64,000 nt of DNA. It comes from Burkholderiales bacterium. Its GTDB lineage: Bacteria; Pseudomonadota; Gammaproteobacteria; Burkholderiales; SG8-39. The stretch is from the NCBI GenBank assembly GCA_035577785.1, contig DATLUZ010000019.1, forward strand, positions 1,498 through 65,497, given 5' to 3'. Shown here piece by piece: positions 28,825 through 37,695 of the stretch (position 1 is its first letter; each line of letters begins with the position of its first letter). The notes beneath the pieces were generated by a model that saw nothing but the letters and a program-made list of their open reading frames with translations, made no database searches and was not told where the DNA came from. The position numbers were made by a program, and so were the translations under genes.

Positions 28825-29681
28825 AGGCCGTGACGAAAGTCACGGGCGCGCTGGCGCTGGCGTGGCTGCTGGCCGGCTGCACCGCGCTGCGGCTCGCCTA
28901 CGACAACGCCGACACTTATCTCCATTTCCGGGCGCAGAGCTATCTCGACCTCGACGCGAAGGGCTCGGACGAGCTCGACGCGCGCATGGGCGAGTTCTTC
29001 TCCTGGCACAGGCGCGCCGCGCTGCCGCAGTACGCGCGCGTTTCAGACGAGGCGGCCAAGCGCTTGGCGAAAGGACTCTCGCGCGAGGACGTGGTTTGGG
29101 GTTACGATTCCCTGGTGGCGCACGCGCGGCAAAGCCTGCGCTACGCCGCCGAGCGCGTGGCACCGCTGCTCGATCGCCTGACGCCGCAGCAGGTCGCGCA
29201 CATGGAGAGGCGGTTCGCGGACGACAACCGCAAGTTCGCGCGCGAGTACCTGCGCGGAAGCGAAGCCGAGCGGCGCAAGCGCCGCGCCAAGCGGTGGGAG
29301 CAGAGGCTGGAGGACTGGGTGGGGAACCTGTCGCCGGTTCAGGCGGAAAAAGTCAGGCAGTTTTCCGAGCGCGCGCCGCTCTACGACGAGATGCGCGCAA
29401 AAGACCGCCAGCGCATGCAAACCGAGTTCGTCGACATGATCCGCAAGCGCGAAGCGCAGAAGCGCCTGCCCGACTGGATCGCCAACTGGGAGCGCGGCCG
29501 GGACCCGGCGTACGCCTCCGCGAGCGAGCGCTTCCACCAGGAGTTCCTGACGCTGATCCAGGAGCTCGACAAGACGCTCGCACCCGAGCAGCGCAACCGG
29601 GCGGTTGCCAACTTCCGGCGCTACGCCGAGGACTTCAGCGTTCTGGCGCGCCGCGCGCGCGCCGAGCCGCCCCGAAAGTGA
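28821..29681 (+). CDS. lipoprotein, DUF6279-like
   Basis: GTG 28821 overlaps the fpr stop. Lipobox LLAGC. Helical, Arg/Glu-rich body. Confidence 0.6.
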   Translation: MKAVTKVTGALALAWLLAGCTALRLAYDNADTYLHFRAQSYLDLDAKGSDELDARMGEFFSWHRRAALPQYARVSDEAAKRLAKGLSREDVVWGYDSLVAHARQSLRYAAERVAPLLDRLTPQQVAHMERRFADDNRKFAREYLRGSEAERRKRRAKRWEQRLEDWVGNLSPVQAEKVRQFSERAPLYDEMRAKDRQRMQTEFVDMIRKREAQKRLPDWIANWERGRDPAYASASERFHQEFLTLIQELDKTLAPEQRNRAVANFRRYAEDFSVLARRARAEPPRK

Positions 29682-32278
29682 CCGAGACCGCCCCGCTGCG
29701 CGGCGCCCCCGACCGTTCCCAGGGTGCCGAGTCGCCGCCGGCTGGCTACGCCGGCCGCACGCGCTACACCCAGCTCGAGTACGACGCGCTGCTCGCCAAT
29801 CTCTCGATCGGCATCGCGTTCACGCGCGAGCGCCGCTTCTTCCTGTGCAACGCCCGCTTCGCCGCGATGCTCGGCTACGAGCCCGACGAGCTCATCGGCC
29901 ATCCCGGCGAGCTCATCTGCGCGAGCCCGGAGAGCTATGCGGCGCTTGGGGAGATCGCCGGGCCGCTGATCTCGGGCGGCGGCCAGCTCGACGTCGAATG
30001 GGAGCTCAGGCGCAAGGACGGCTCGACGTTCGTCGCGCGCCTGATCGCGAAGTCCCTCGATCCCGCGAGCCCGCAGCAAGGCACGGTGTGGATCGTCGAG
30101 GACATCACCGACAGGCGGCGCGACGCCGACGAGCTCGCGCGGCTCCTGCGCGAACAGGAAGCGATCCTCGCCACCGCCTCGATCGGCATCGTGTTCATCA
30201 GGGACCGGCGCATCGTGCGCTGCAACCGGCGCTACGAGGAGATGTACGGCTACGGCCCGGGCGAGCTCGAGGGCAAGCCCACCGCGGTGCTGTACACCGA
30301 CATTTCGGAGCACGCGAAAGCGAGCGCAGTCTACGAGCCGCTGGCGCGCGGCGAGACCTCGCGCCGCGTCGAGCTGCGCCGGCGCAAGGACGGGACCGCG
30401 TTCTGGGGCCGCGTCGAGGGCCGCGCGGTCGATCCGCTCGATCCGCACCGCGGCTCGGTGTGGATCGTGGAGGACGTCACCGAGCGCCGCCGCGCCGAGG
30501 AGGACCTCCGGCGGCTGGTGCGCGAGCAGCACGAGAGCGAAGAGCGCGTGCAGCGCGCGCTCGGCGAGCAGGAGCTGATCCTCGACAATGCGGCCGTAGG
30601 CATCGCCTTCGTGCGCGCGCGCGAGATCCAGCGCTGCAACCGCTTCCTCGAGGAGATGGTCGGCGCGGAGCCGGGCGAGCTCGTTGGAAAGAGCTCGGCG
30701 GTGCTGTTCGCAGCGCAGGCGGACTGGGAGGAAGCAGGCCGGCGCGCCTATCAGCACACCGCGCCGGGCGAGACCCACGACGCGGAGTGGCTCTTCAGGC
30801 GCCGCGACGGCTCGACCTTCCGCTGCCGCACCCGCGGCCGGCGCATCGATCTCGGCGAGTCCGAGCAGGAGTGGATCTGGAGCCTGGAGGACGTGACCGT
30901 CGAGCACGCGGCGCGCGAATGGCTGCAGTCCTCGCGCGACGCGCTGGAGCGCGCCGTGGCCGAGCGCACCGCCGAGCTGCGGGAAGCCAATGCGCGCGCG
31001 CGGCACCTCGCCGACCACGACGCGCTCACCGGGCTGCCGAACCGCAGGCTGCTGGAGGACCGTCTTACACAGGCGCTCGCGCTCTCGTACCGCAACCGCA
31101 AGCAGACCGCGGTGATGTTCGTCGACCTCGACCGCTTCAAGGCGGTCAACGACTTGCTCGGCCACGCGGCGGGCGACATCCTGCTGAAGGAGGTCGCCCA
31201 GCGCCTGGTCAGGCAGCTGCGCGTGGGCGACACCATCTGCCGCATCGGCGGCGACGAGTTCGTGGTGGTGCTCCCCGAGCTGAAGCGCGCCGCGGACGCC
31301 GCGCAGGTCGCCCGCAAGGTGCTCGAGCAGCTTTCGCAGCCGCTGATGGTCGAGGAGCGCGAGCTCATCGTCACGCCGTCGATCGGCATCGCGGTGTTCC
31401 CCGACGACGGGCGCGACGCCGAGACGCTGATCCGCAACTCCGACGCCGCGATGTACCACGCCAAGGAGCTGGGGCGCGCCAACTACCAGTTCTTCACCGC
31501 CGAGATGAACCAGGCGGCATCGCGCCGGCTCGCCCTGGAGGCCGACCTGCGGCGCGCGCTCGGAAGGGACGAGCTGCGCGTGTTCTATCAGCCGATCGTC
31601 GATGCCAGGACCGGCCTCGTCGCCGCCCACGAGGCGCTCGCGCGCTGGCAGCACCCCGAGCGCGGACTCGTCGAGCCCGGCGAGTTCATCCAGCTCGCCG
31701 AGGAGAGCGGCATGATCCTCAAGCTCGGCGAATGGGTGCTGCGCCAGGCGTGCCGCTGGGCCACCTTCATCGGCGTGGAGCGGGGGCTGCCGGTCTCGGT
31801 GAACCTGTCGCCGCGCCAGTTCAACGATCCCAAGCTCGTGCACACGGTCGCCGCCGCGCTGCGCGAAACCGGGCTGCCGGCGCGCCTCTTGCAGCTCGAG
31901 ATCACCGAAACCACCGCCATGCAGCACACCGACGTCACCCTCGCCACCCTCAACCGCCTGAAGGCGCTCGGTGTGTCGATCGCCATAGACGATTTCGGCA
32001 CCGGCTACTCGAGCCTCTCGTATCTGAAGCGCTTCCCGGTGGACCTCCTGAAGATCGACCGCTCGTTCACCACCGAGCTGCCCGCGGACGCCGACCAGTG
32101 CGCGATCGTGTCCGCCATCGTCGCGCTGGCGCACGCACTCGAGCTGCAGGTAATCGCCGAAGGCGTGGAAAACGCGGAGCAGCGCGAGTTTCTCGCGAGC
32201 TGCGGCTGCGACTTCATCCAGGGTCATCTCACCGGCGCGCCGCTCGATGCCGACGCCGCGGCGAAGGATTTCGTCTAG
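29678..32278 (+). CDS. PAS/PAC x3 - GGDEF - EAL cyclic-di-GMP signalling protein
   Basis: GTG 29678 overlaps the upstream stop. Three PAS repeats (…WIVEDITDRRR, WIVEDVTERRR, WSLEDVT). RIGGDEFVV. EAL motifs HEALARW, QLEITE, DDFGTGYSSL and EGVE. Confidence 0.9.
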   Translation: MTETAPLRGAPDRSQGAESPPAGYAGRTRYTQLEYDALLANLSIGIAFTRERRFFLCNARFAAMLGYEPDELIGHPGELICASPESYAALGEIAGPLISGGGQLDVEWELRRKDGSTFVARLIAKSLDPASPQQGTVWIVEDITDRRRDADELARLLREQEAILATASIGIVFIRDRRIVRCNRRYEEMYGYGPGELEGKPTAVLYTDISEHAKASAVYEPLARGETSRRVELRRRKDGTAFWGRVEGRAVDPLDPHRGSVWIVEDVTERRRAEEDLRRLVREQHESEERVQRALGEQELILDNAAVGIAFVRAREIQRCNRFLEEMVGAEPGELVGKSSAVLFAAQADWEEAGRRAYQHTAPGETHDAEWLFRRRDGSTFRCRTRGRRIDLGESEQEWIWSLEDVTVEHAAREWLQSSRDALERAVAERTAELREANARARHLADHDALTGLPNRRLLEDRLTQALALSYRNRKQTAVMFVDLDRFKAVNDLLGHAAGDILLKEVAQRLVRQLRVGDTICRIGGDEFVVVLPELKRAADAAQVARKVLEQLSQPLMVEERELIVTPSIGIAVFPDDGRDAETLIRNSDAAMYHAKELGRANYQFFTAEMNQAASRRLALEADLRRALGRDELRVFYQPIVDARTGLVAAHEALARWQHPERGLVEPGEFIQLAEESGMILKLGEWVLRQACRWATFIGVERGLPVSVNLSPRQFNDPKLVHTVAAALRETGLPARLLQLEITETTAMQHTDVTLATLNRLKALGVSIAIDDFGTGYSSLSYLKRFPVDLLKIDRSFTTELPADADQCAIVSAIVALAHALELQVIAEGVENAEQREFLASCGCDFIQGHLTGAPLDADAAAKDFV

Positions 32279-32287
32279 CTGGCCTAG

Positions 32288-32926
32288 CTAGGTAGAGCGG
32301 CTGCCCAGCAGCGCTTCCAGGCGGCGCACCTGGGCTTCGATCGAGCTCATGTTGGGGTTGACCTCGAGCGCGCGGCGGAACCAGTCGAGCGCCTGCCGCT
32401 GCTGCTCGAGCTCGAGGCTGACTAGGCCGGCGCCGGAGAGCGCGCCGAAGTGGCGCGGATTGCGCCGGATGACCTCGGCGCAGTCGGCGAGCGAGCGCTG
32501 GTACTCGCCCGAAAGGTAGAGCGCCGTGGCGCGCTTGTTCCAGCCTTCGGCGAACTCGGGCTTGCGCCGGATCACCTCCGAGAAGGTGGCGATGGCCTCG
32601 GCGTGGCGGCCGGACTGCATCTCGTCGACGCCGCGCTCGAGCAGGCGGTCGACCGCTTCGTCGCCGGAGCGGCTCCACAGCAGCCAGAGCGCCTGCTCGG
32701 CGAAGCTGCGCACCATCGGGTGCTCGTCGCGCAACCGCTCGTACAAGGGGGCCGCGTCCGCGGCGGCGCCGTTCTGCGCGATCCACACCACGCCCGCGGC
32801 GCGCGTCGGAGCGTCGGCGCTCGCGAGCGCAGCCAGCGCTTCCTGACGCGATGCTGGCGCCTGCGGGAGTGCCGGCGCGGCCAGCATTGTCAAAGCGACA
32901 AGGAGTAGGATTTGTATCCGGCGCAT
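32288..32926 (-). CDS. secreted HEAT/TPR-repeat protein
   Basis: Signal peptide MRRIQILLLVALTMLAAPA. TPR units (AIATFSEVIRRKPEFAEGWNKRA..., ADCAEVIRRNPRHFGA...). Confidence 0.75.
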   Translation of the reverse strand: MRRIQILLLVALTMLAAPALPQAPASRQEALAALASADAPTRAAGVVWIAQNGAAADAAPLYERLRDEHPMVRSFAEQALWLLWSRSGDEAVDRLLERGVDEMQSGRHAEAIATFSEVIRRKPEFAEGWNKRATALYLSGEYQRSLADCAEVIRRNPRHFGALSGAGLVSLELEQQRQALDWFRRALEVNPNMSSIEAQVRRLEALLGSRST

Positions 32927-33040
32927 TTCGCTTCGCCGCAGTAGTAGATCCGGGCGCGGTAATCTGCTTCCGATTCGCCGCGTCGATTCCTACAACGGGG
33001 GAGTTTGCTCCAAACCATTACGACACACCAGGGACCTGAC

Positions 33041-33496
33041 ATGAAAGCTTCGATCCTTCTCTTCGCCGCGCTTCTCCTCGCACCGGCCGCCGCGCTGCCG
33101 GCCGACTCGCAGCCCGTCGTGCGCACCGACCCGGTGCTCGAGCAGGCGACCAAGACCATCGCCGCCAAGGACTGGCCGCAGGCGCAGGCGCTCCTCAAGG
33201 ACGCCATCGCCCGCAACCCGAACAACGCCGACTATCACAACCTCTACGCCTACTCGGTCCGCAAGGGCGCCAATCCCGACATGAGCCTCGTGTTCCAGCA
33301 CTACAACGAGGCGCTGCGCCTGGATCCGCGCCACCGCGGCGCGCACGAGTACATCGGCGAGGCCTATCTTGAGGTCGGCAACGTGGCGAAGGCCAAGGAG
33401 CACCTGAGCTCGCTCGACAAGATCTGCTTCTTCCCGTGCACGGAGTTCTCGGACCTGAAGAAGGCGATCTCCGAGTACGAGGCGAAGCCCAAGTAA
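33041..33496 (+). CDS. secreted TPR-like protein with CxxxC C-terminal motif
   Basis: ATG 33041 gives the signal peptide MKASILLFAALLLAPAAA. TPR-like helices. KICFFPCTEFSDLKKAI. Confidence 0.7.
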   Translation: MKASILLFAALLLAPAAALPADSQPVVRTDPVLEQATKTIAAKDWPQAQALLKDAIARNPNNADYHNLYAYSVRKGANPDMSLVFQHYNEALRLDPRHRGAHEYIGEAYLEVGNVAKAKEHLSSLDKICFFPCTEFSDLKKAISEYEAKPK

Positions 33497-33521
33497 CGAC
33501 CGAAGACAATAGAATCGGGGG

Positions 33522-34490
33522 ATGCAGGTCCCCCGTTCGATTCGCCTTGCGCTGACCGGCGCGGCGCTTTGCGCCGCGCAGGCCGCCGGCGCGCAGCAGT
33601 GGCCGGTGAAGCCGGTGCGCATGCTCGTCACCTTTCCGCCGGGCGGGCCCTCCGAGATCGTGACCCGCATGCTGAACGAGCGCCTTCAGGGCGCGCTGAA
33701 GCAGCCCTTCGTGCTCGAAAACCGCGTCGGCGCGACCGGCAACGTCGGTGCCGACGCGGTCGCGAAGGCGCCCCCCGACGGCCATCTGTTCGGGATCACC
33801 ACCGACACCGTTTTCACCGTGAACCCGCTGGTGTTCGGCAACATGCCGTTCGATCCGTGGAGCGATCTCGCGCCCGTCACGCTCCTCGGCAGCTTCTCGC
33901 AGATGCTGGTGTGCAATCCCTCGGTGCCGGCAAAGACGCTCGCCGAGCTGCTCCAGCTTGCACGGCGCGAGAAGCTCACGTACGCCTCCGGCGGGCCCGG
34001 TGCGCCGGGGCACCTCGCGGCCGAGCTGCTGCTCTCGAGCGCCGGTGTCACCATGCTGCACGTGCCGTACAAGGGGCCGGCGGCCGCGACGGCCGACGTC
34101 GTTGGCGGCCAGGTGCATTGCGGCTTCCTCGCCACGCCTACGGTGATGCCGCAGGTCAGGGCCGGCAAGCTCAGCGCGCTCGCGGTGTCGACGGCGAAGC
34201 GCTCGCCGCTCGCGCCGGACGTTCCGCCCGCGGCCGAGGCTGGGTCTCCCGGATTCGACGCGCCGTTTTACCTGGTGCTCTTCACCTCGGCCCGCGTGCC
34301 GCAGGCCATCGTGGCGCGCATGAGCGCCGAAACAGCAAAGGCACTCGAAAGCCCCGAGGTCAAGGACCGCGCCGCGGCGATGGACGTCGTCACGGTCGGC
34401 GGATCGCCCGAAGACGCGCGCAAGGTCCTGAAGCAAGCCGCCGCCAAGTGGGCCCCCGTCGTGCAGCGCATCGGCCTGAAGCTCGACTGA
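33522..34490 (+). CDS. Bug-family (TctC) tripartite tricarboxylate transporter substrate-binding protein
   Basis: Signal peptide followed by QQWPVKPVRMLVTFPPGGPSE, the Bug-family hallmark. Confidence 0.9.
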   Translation: MQVPRSIRLALTGAALCAAQAAGAQQWPVKPVRMLVTFPPGGPSEIVTRMLNERLQGALKQPFVLENRVGATGNVGADAVAKAPPDGHLFGITTDTVFTVNPLVFGNMPFDPWSDLAPVTLLGSFSQMLVCNPSVPAKTLAELLQLARREKLTYASGGPGAPGHLAAELLLSSAGVTMLHVPYKGPAAATADVVGGQVHCGFLATPTVMPQVRAGKLSALAVSTAKRSPLAPDVPPAAEAGSPGFDAPFYLVLFTSARVPQAIVARMSAETAKALESPEVKDRAAAMDVVTVGGSPEDARKVLKQAAAKWAPVVQRIGLKLD

Positions 34491-34493
34491 CAG

Positions 34494-35396
34494 TCACCTT
34501 TCGCGTGCCAGTCGGCGGGCAACCGCGGTGATTGCCTGCGTCATCGCGCGCGCAGCCGGCGTGAGCGGGGTGTCGGCCCGCATATACAGGCCGATGAGCG
34601 GTGCTGGAATCGTCTCCTCGATTTCGATGGCCTGCAGGTAGCGCTGTCCCCACACTTCAGCGACCATCTGCAGGCTGAGCAGCCCCAGAACGTCGGTCTT
34701 GGCGACGAGCGACAGCGCGGTAGCGAAGGACTCGCAGTGGACGATCGGGCGCGGCAAAGGCAGTCCTGCGGAGGCGAAGAGCTTCTCAAGCATCGCGCCG
34801 GAGCCCGGAGGGTAAAACATCAGCCAAGAAGAGGCGGCGAGGTCGCGCAGCTGAGTGGCGCCACGCAAGGGATGCCCGCGCCTTGCAATCACGGCTAGCC
34901 GCGGCCTGAACAGCGGCTTGAACCGCAGCGCGGCGTCGAGGGTGGCGCTCGGGCTCTGGCTGATGCAGAAGTCGAGCGTCTCATCGCGCACCAGCAGGAT
35001 GAGCGCGCCGCTGGCGCCTTCGACCACACGCACATCCGCAGCAGGTTGGCTGCGCCTGAAATGCTGCAACGCCTCCGGCACGATCAGCATGCCGGCAACC
35101 GGCGCGACACCGAAGCCGACCGTGCCCCGCTCCCCGCCACGAAGCTCCTGAAGGTCGTCGTCCGCCTTGCGCAGCTCGCTCTGGATCACGCGTGCCCGCG
35201 CTAGGAACGTCTTGCCGGCCAGGGTCAACGCGGCGCCGCGCGCGTTGCGCTGCAGGAGCTGCACGTGCAGCTCCTGCTCGAGCTGCCGGATGCTCTTGCT
35301 CATCGCGGGCTGCGACACGCCCACCTTGGCGGCGGCGGAGCGGAGGCTGCCGGCCTCGACGACCGCGACAAAATGGCGTATCTGGTTCAGGCGCAT
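34494..35396 (-). CDS. LysR-family transcriptional regulator
   Basis: N-terminal HTH MRLNQIRHFVAVVEAGSLRSAAAKVGVSQPAMSKSIRQLE and an LTTR substrate-binding body. Confidence 0.9.
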   Translation of the reverse strand: MRLNQIRHFVAVVEAGSLRSAAAKVGVSQPAMSKSIRQLEQELHVQLLQRNARGAALTLAGKTFLARARVIQSELRKADDDLQELRGGERGTVGFGVAPVAGMLIVPEALQHFRRSQPAADVRVVEGASGALILLVRDETLDFCISQSPSATLDAALRFKPLFRPRLAVIARRGHPLRGATQLRDLAASSWLMFYPPGSGAMLEKLFASAGLPLPRPIVHCESFATALSLVAKTDVLGLLSLQMVAEVWGQRYLQAIEIEETIPAPLIGLYMRADTPLTPAARAMTQAITAVARRLARER

Positions 35397-35398
35397 CT

Positions 35399-35413
35399 AT
35401 AACTCCCGGTTAT
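35399..35413. promoter_or_regulatory. LTTR box ATAAC-N5-GTTAT (T-N11-A)
   Basis: Perfect 5-bp inverted arms directly upstream of the LysR start, in the divergent region to the second Bug gene. Confidence 0.5.
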
Positions 35414-35468
35414 CGCAGTGCATGCGCGGTCATCTTACGCGCTGCCGGCGGCGATGGTTCACTGCGGC

Positions 35469-36419
35469 ATGCGCTCACTCCCTCTCGTCTTGTGCTTCGC
35501 GGTCGCCTCTGCGGCCGCACAATCCCAATACCCGAGCAAGCCGGTGCGGCTGATTGCAGGCGCGCCTCCAGGAACTCCGGGCGACGTCGTGGCGCGGATC
35601 ATCTCCGAGCCGCTCAGCGCTGCGCTCGGTCAGCCGGTTGTGATCGAGAACCGTCCTGGTGCCATCGGCACCATCGCCCTGGGCGCCGTGTCCAAGGCAC
35701 CTGCCGACGGGCATACCCTGGGCGCCATCACGATGCCTCAGACGATCGCTCCGCACCTGCTGCCGAAGCTGCCCTATGAGATCGCCAGCGACCTCGCCCC
35801 CGTACGCCAGCTCGCCTGGGTCTCGAATGTCCTGGTGGTGAGGCCTTCGGCTCCATTCCGCTCGGTTGCCGAGCTGGTAGCGGCAGCCAAGGCGCGTCCG
35901 CAGTCGCTTACATTCGCTTCCGGCGGCAACGGGACGCCGGCGCACGTCGCGGGCGAGCTCTTCGGCCTCAATGCGGCGATCGAGATGCGCCACGTCCCGT
36001 TCAACGGTGCCGTGGCCGGGGTCGCTGCGGTCATGGGCGAGCAGGTCGACATGATGTTTGCCATCGCGCCGGCCGTGATCCCTCATCTCAAGGCGGGAAA
36101 GCTGCGCGCCTTGGCGACGCCGGCACCCTCGCGGCTTCCCGCACTGCCGGACCTGCCGACGCTCGCGGAGCTCGGCTACGCGGTGGATGTACGCGACTGG
36201 ACCGGGATCGTCGCGCCGGCGCAGACGCCGAAGCCCGTAATCCGGCGCCTGGAAAGTGCGATCGCAACCGTTCTCGCGAAGGACGAGGTCAAGCAAAGGC
36301 TTGCCGCGGCCGGCTTCGAGCCTGCAGAATCGAGCGCCGATGCGTTCGGTAAACTGATTCGCACAGAGCTGCAAAAATGGGGCAAAGTCGTCAACCAGGC
36401 GAAAATCAAACCTGACTAG
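35469..36419 (+). CDS. Bug-family (TctC) substrate-binding protein
   Basis: Start MRSLPLVLCFAVASAAA (35469) gives a signal peptide, then QYPSKPVRLIAGAPPGTPGD. The ORF is listed from GTG 35418. Confidence 0.85.
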   Translation: MRSLPLVLCFAVASAAAQSQYPSKPVRLIAGAPPGTPGDVVARIISEPLSAALGQPVVIENRPGAIGTIALGAVSKAPADGHTLGAITMPQTIAPHLLPKLPYEIASDLAPVRQLAWVSNVLVVRPSAPFRSVAELVAAAKARPQSLTFASGGNGTPAHVAGELFGLNAAIEMRHVPFNGAVAGVAAVMGEQVDMMFAIAPAVIPHLKAGKLRALATPAPSRLPALPDLPTLAELGYAVDVRDWTGIVAPAQTPKPVIRRLESAIATVLAKDEVKQRLAAAGFEPAESSADAFGKLIRTELQKWGKVVNQAKIKPD

Positions 36420-37695
36420 ACCGAACTTCATCTTCATCGTCGCCGACGATCTCGGTTACGCCGACCTCGGCTGCTACGGCGGCCGAAGCTCGTGCTCTCC
36501 CAACCTGGATCGGATGGCCGCCGAAGGCCTGCGTTTTACCGACGGTTACTCCAATTCTCCGGTGTGCTCGCCGACGCGCTTTGCGCTCGCCACCGGCCGC
36601 TGGCAGTACCGGTTGCGCGGCGCCGCCGACGAGCCTATCGCCAGCCGCATCGGCCGCGGCCGCCCGGACCTCGGGCTGCCCGCCTCGCACCCGACCTTGG
36701 CATCGCTTCTACGCGACGCGGGCTACGCCACGGCGCTCGTCGGCAAGTGGCACCTCGGATTCCCGCCGCACTTCGGCCCGCTGAAGAGCGGCTACCAGGA
36801 ATTCTTCGGGCCGATGAGCGGCGGGGTCGACTACTTCCGCCATTGCGACTCCGCCGGAAAGCATGACCTGTACGAGGGCGAGGACGAGGTTCATCGCAGC
36901 GGGTACATGACCGACCTCCTGTCGGAGCGCGCGGTGTCGTTCGTGGAGCGCCGGAAAGGCGGGCCGTTCCTGCTCTCGCTTCACTACACCGCGCCGCACT
37001 GGCCGTGGGAAACGCGCGACGACGCCGAGGAATCGGCCCGGATCTCGAACATCGCGCACCTCGACGGCGGCTCCGTGCAGACCTACCTCGCCATGATTCG
37101 CCAGATGGACGAGGGGATCGGGCGCGTGCTCGGCGCGCTCGACGAGACGGGACCCCGCGAGAATACTTTTGTAGTGTTTACAAGCGACAACGGCGGCGAG
37201 CGCTTCTCCGACAACTGGCCGCTGGTCGGCGGCAAGATGGACCTATTGGAGGGCGGCATCCGGGTGCCCTACATCGCGCGCTGGCCCGCGCGCCTGCCGA
37301 AGGGCAGGACGACTGCCCAGCTCGCAATCACGATGGACTGGACTGCCACTTTTCTAAGCGCCGCCGGCGTCGATCCTCACCCTGACTATCCGCTGGACGG
37401 CATCGACCTATTGAAAGAAGAAAAGCCACGCAATCTCTATTGGCGGATGAAGTTCCGGGAGCAGAAGGCGGTGCGCTCGGGGAGCTGGAAATACCTTGCG
37501 ATCGAAGGCAACGAGTTCCTGTACGACCTTTCGCGCGACCCGCGCGAGCGCGCGAACATGAGGCGCCGCGAGCCCGCAAGGTTCGAGAAACTGAAGTCGG
37601 AGTACGCCGCCTGGGAAGAGGCGATCCCGCCCATCCCGGCGGATGCGAACGTCTCCCTGGTGTACGGTCCCGCCGAGATGGCCAAGCCGTCTTGA
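36412..37695 (+). CDS. Cys-type sulfatase (arylsulfatase family); start codon unresolved
   Basis: CSPTR formylglycine motif (VCSPTRFALATGR). The conserved N-terminus PNFIFIVADDLGYADLGCYG is encoded at 36421-36480, upstream of the first ATG/GTG/TTG (36514). CTG 36412 is the only plausible in-frame start. Confidence 0.7.
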   Translation: MTRPNFIFIVADDLGYADLGCYGGRSSCSPNLDRMAAEGLRFTDGYSNSPVCSPTRFALATGRWQYRLRGAADEPIASRIGRGRPDLGLPASHPTLASLLRDAGYATALVGKWHLGFPPHFGPLKSGYQEFFGPMSGGVDYFRHCDSAGKHDLYEGEDEVHRSGYMTDLLSERAVSFVERRKGGPFLLSLHYTAPHWPWETRDDAEESARISNIAHLDGGSVQTYLAMIRQMDEGIGRVLGALDETGPRENTFVVFTSDNGGERFSDNWPLVGGKMDLLEGGIRVPYIARWPARLPKGRTTAQLAITMDWTATFLSAAGVDPHPDYPLDGIDLLKEEKPRNLYWRMKFREQKAVRSGSWKYLAIEGNEFLYDLSRDPRERANMRRREPARFEKLKSEYAAWEEAIPPIPADANVSLVYGPAEMAKPS

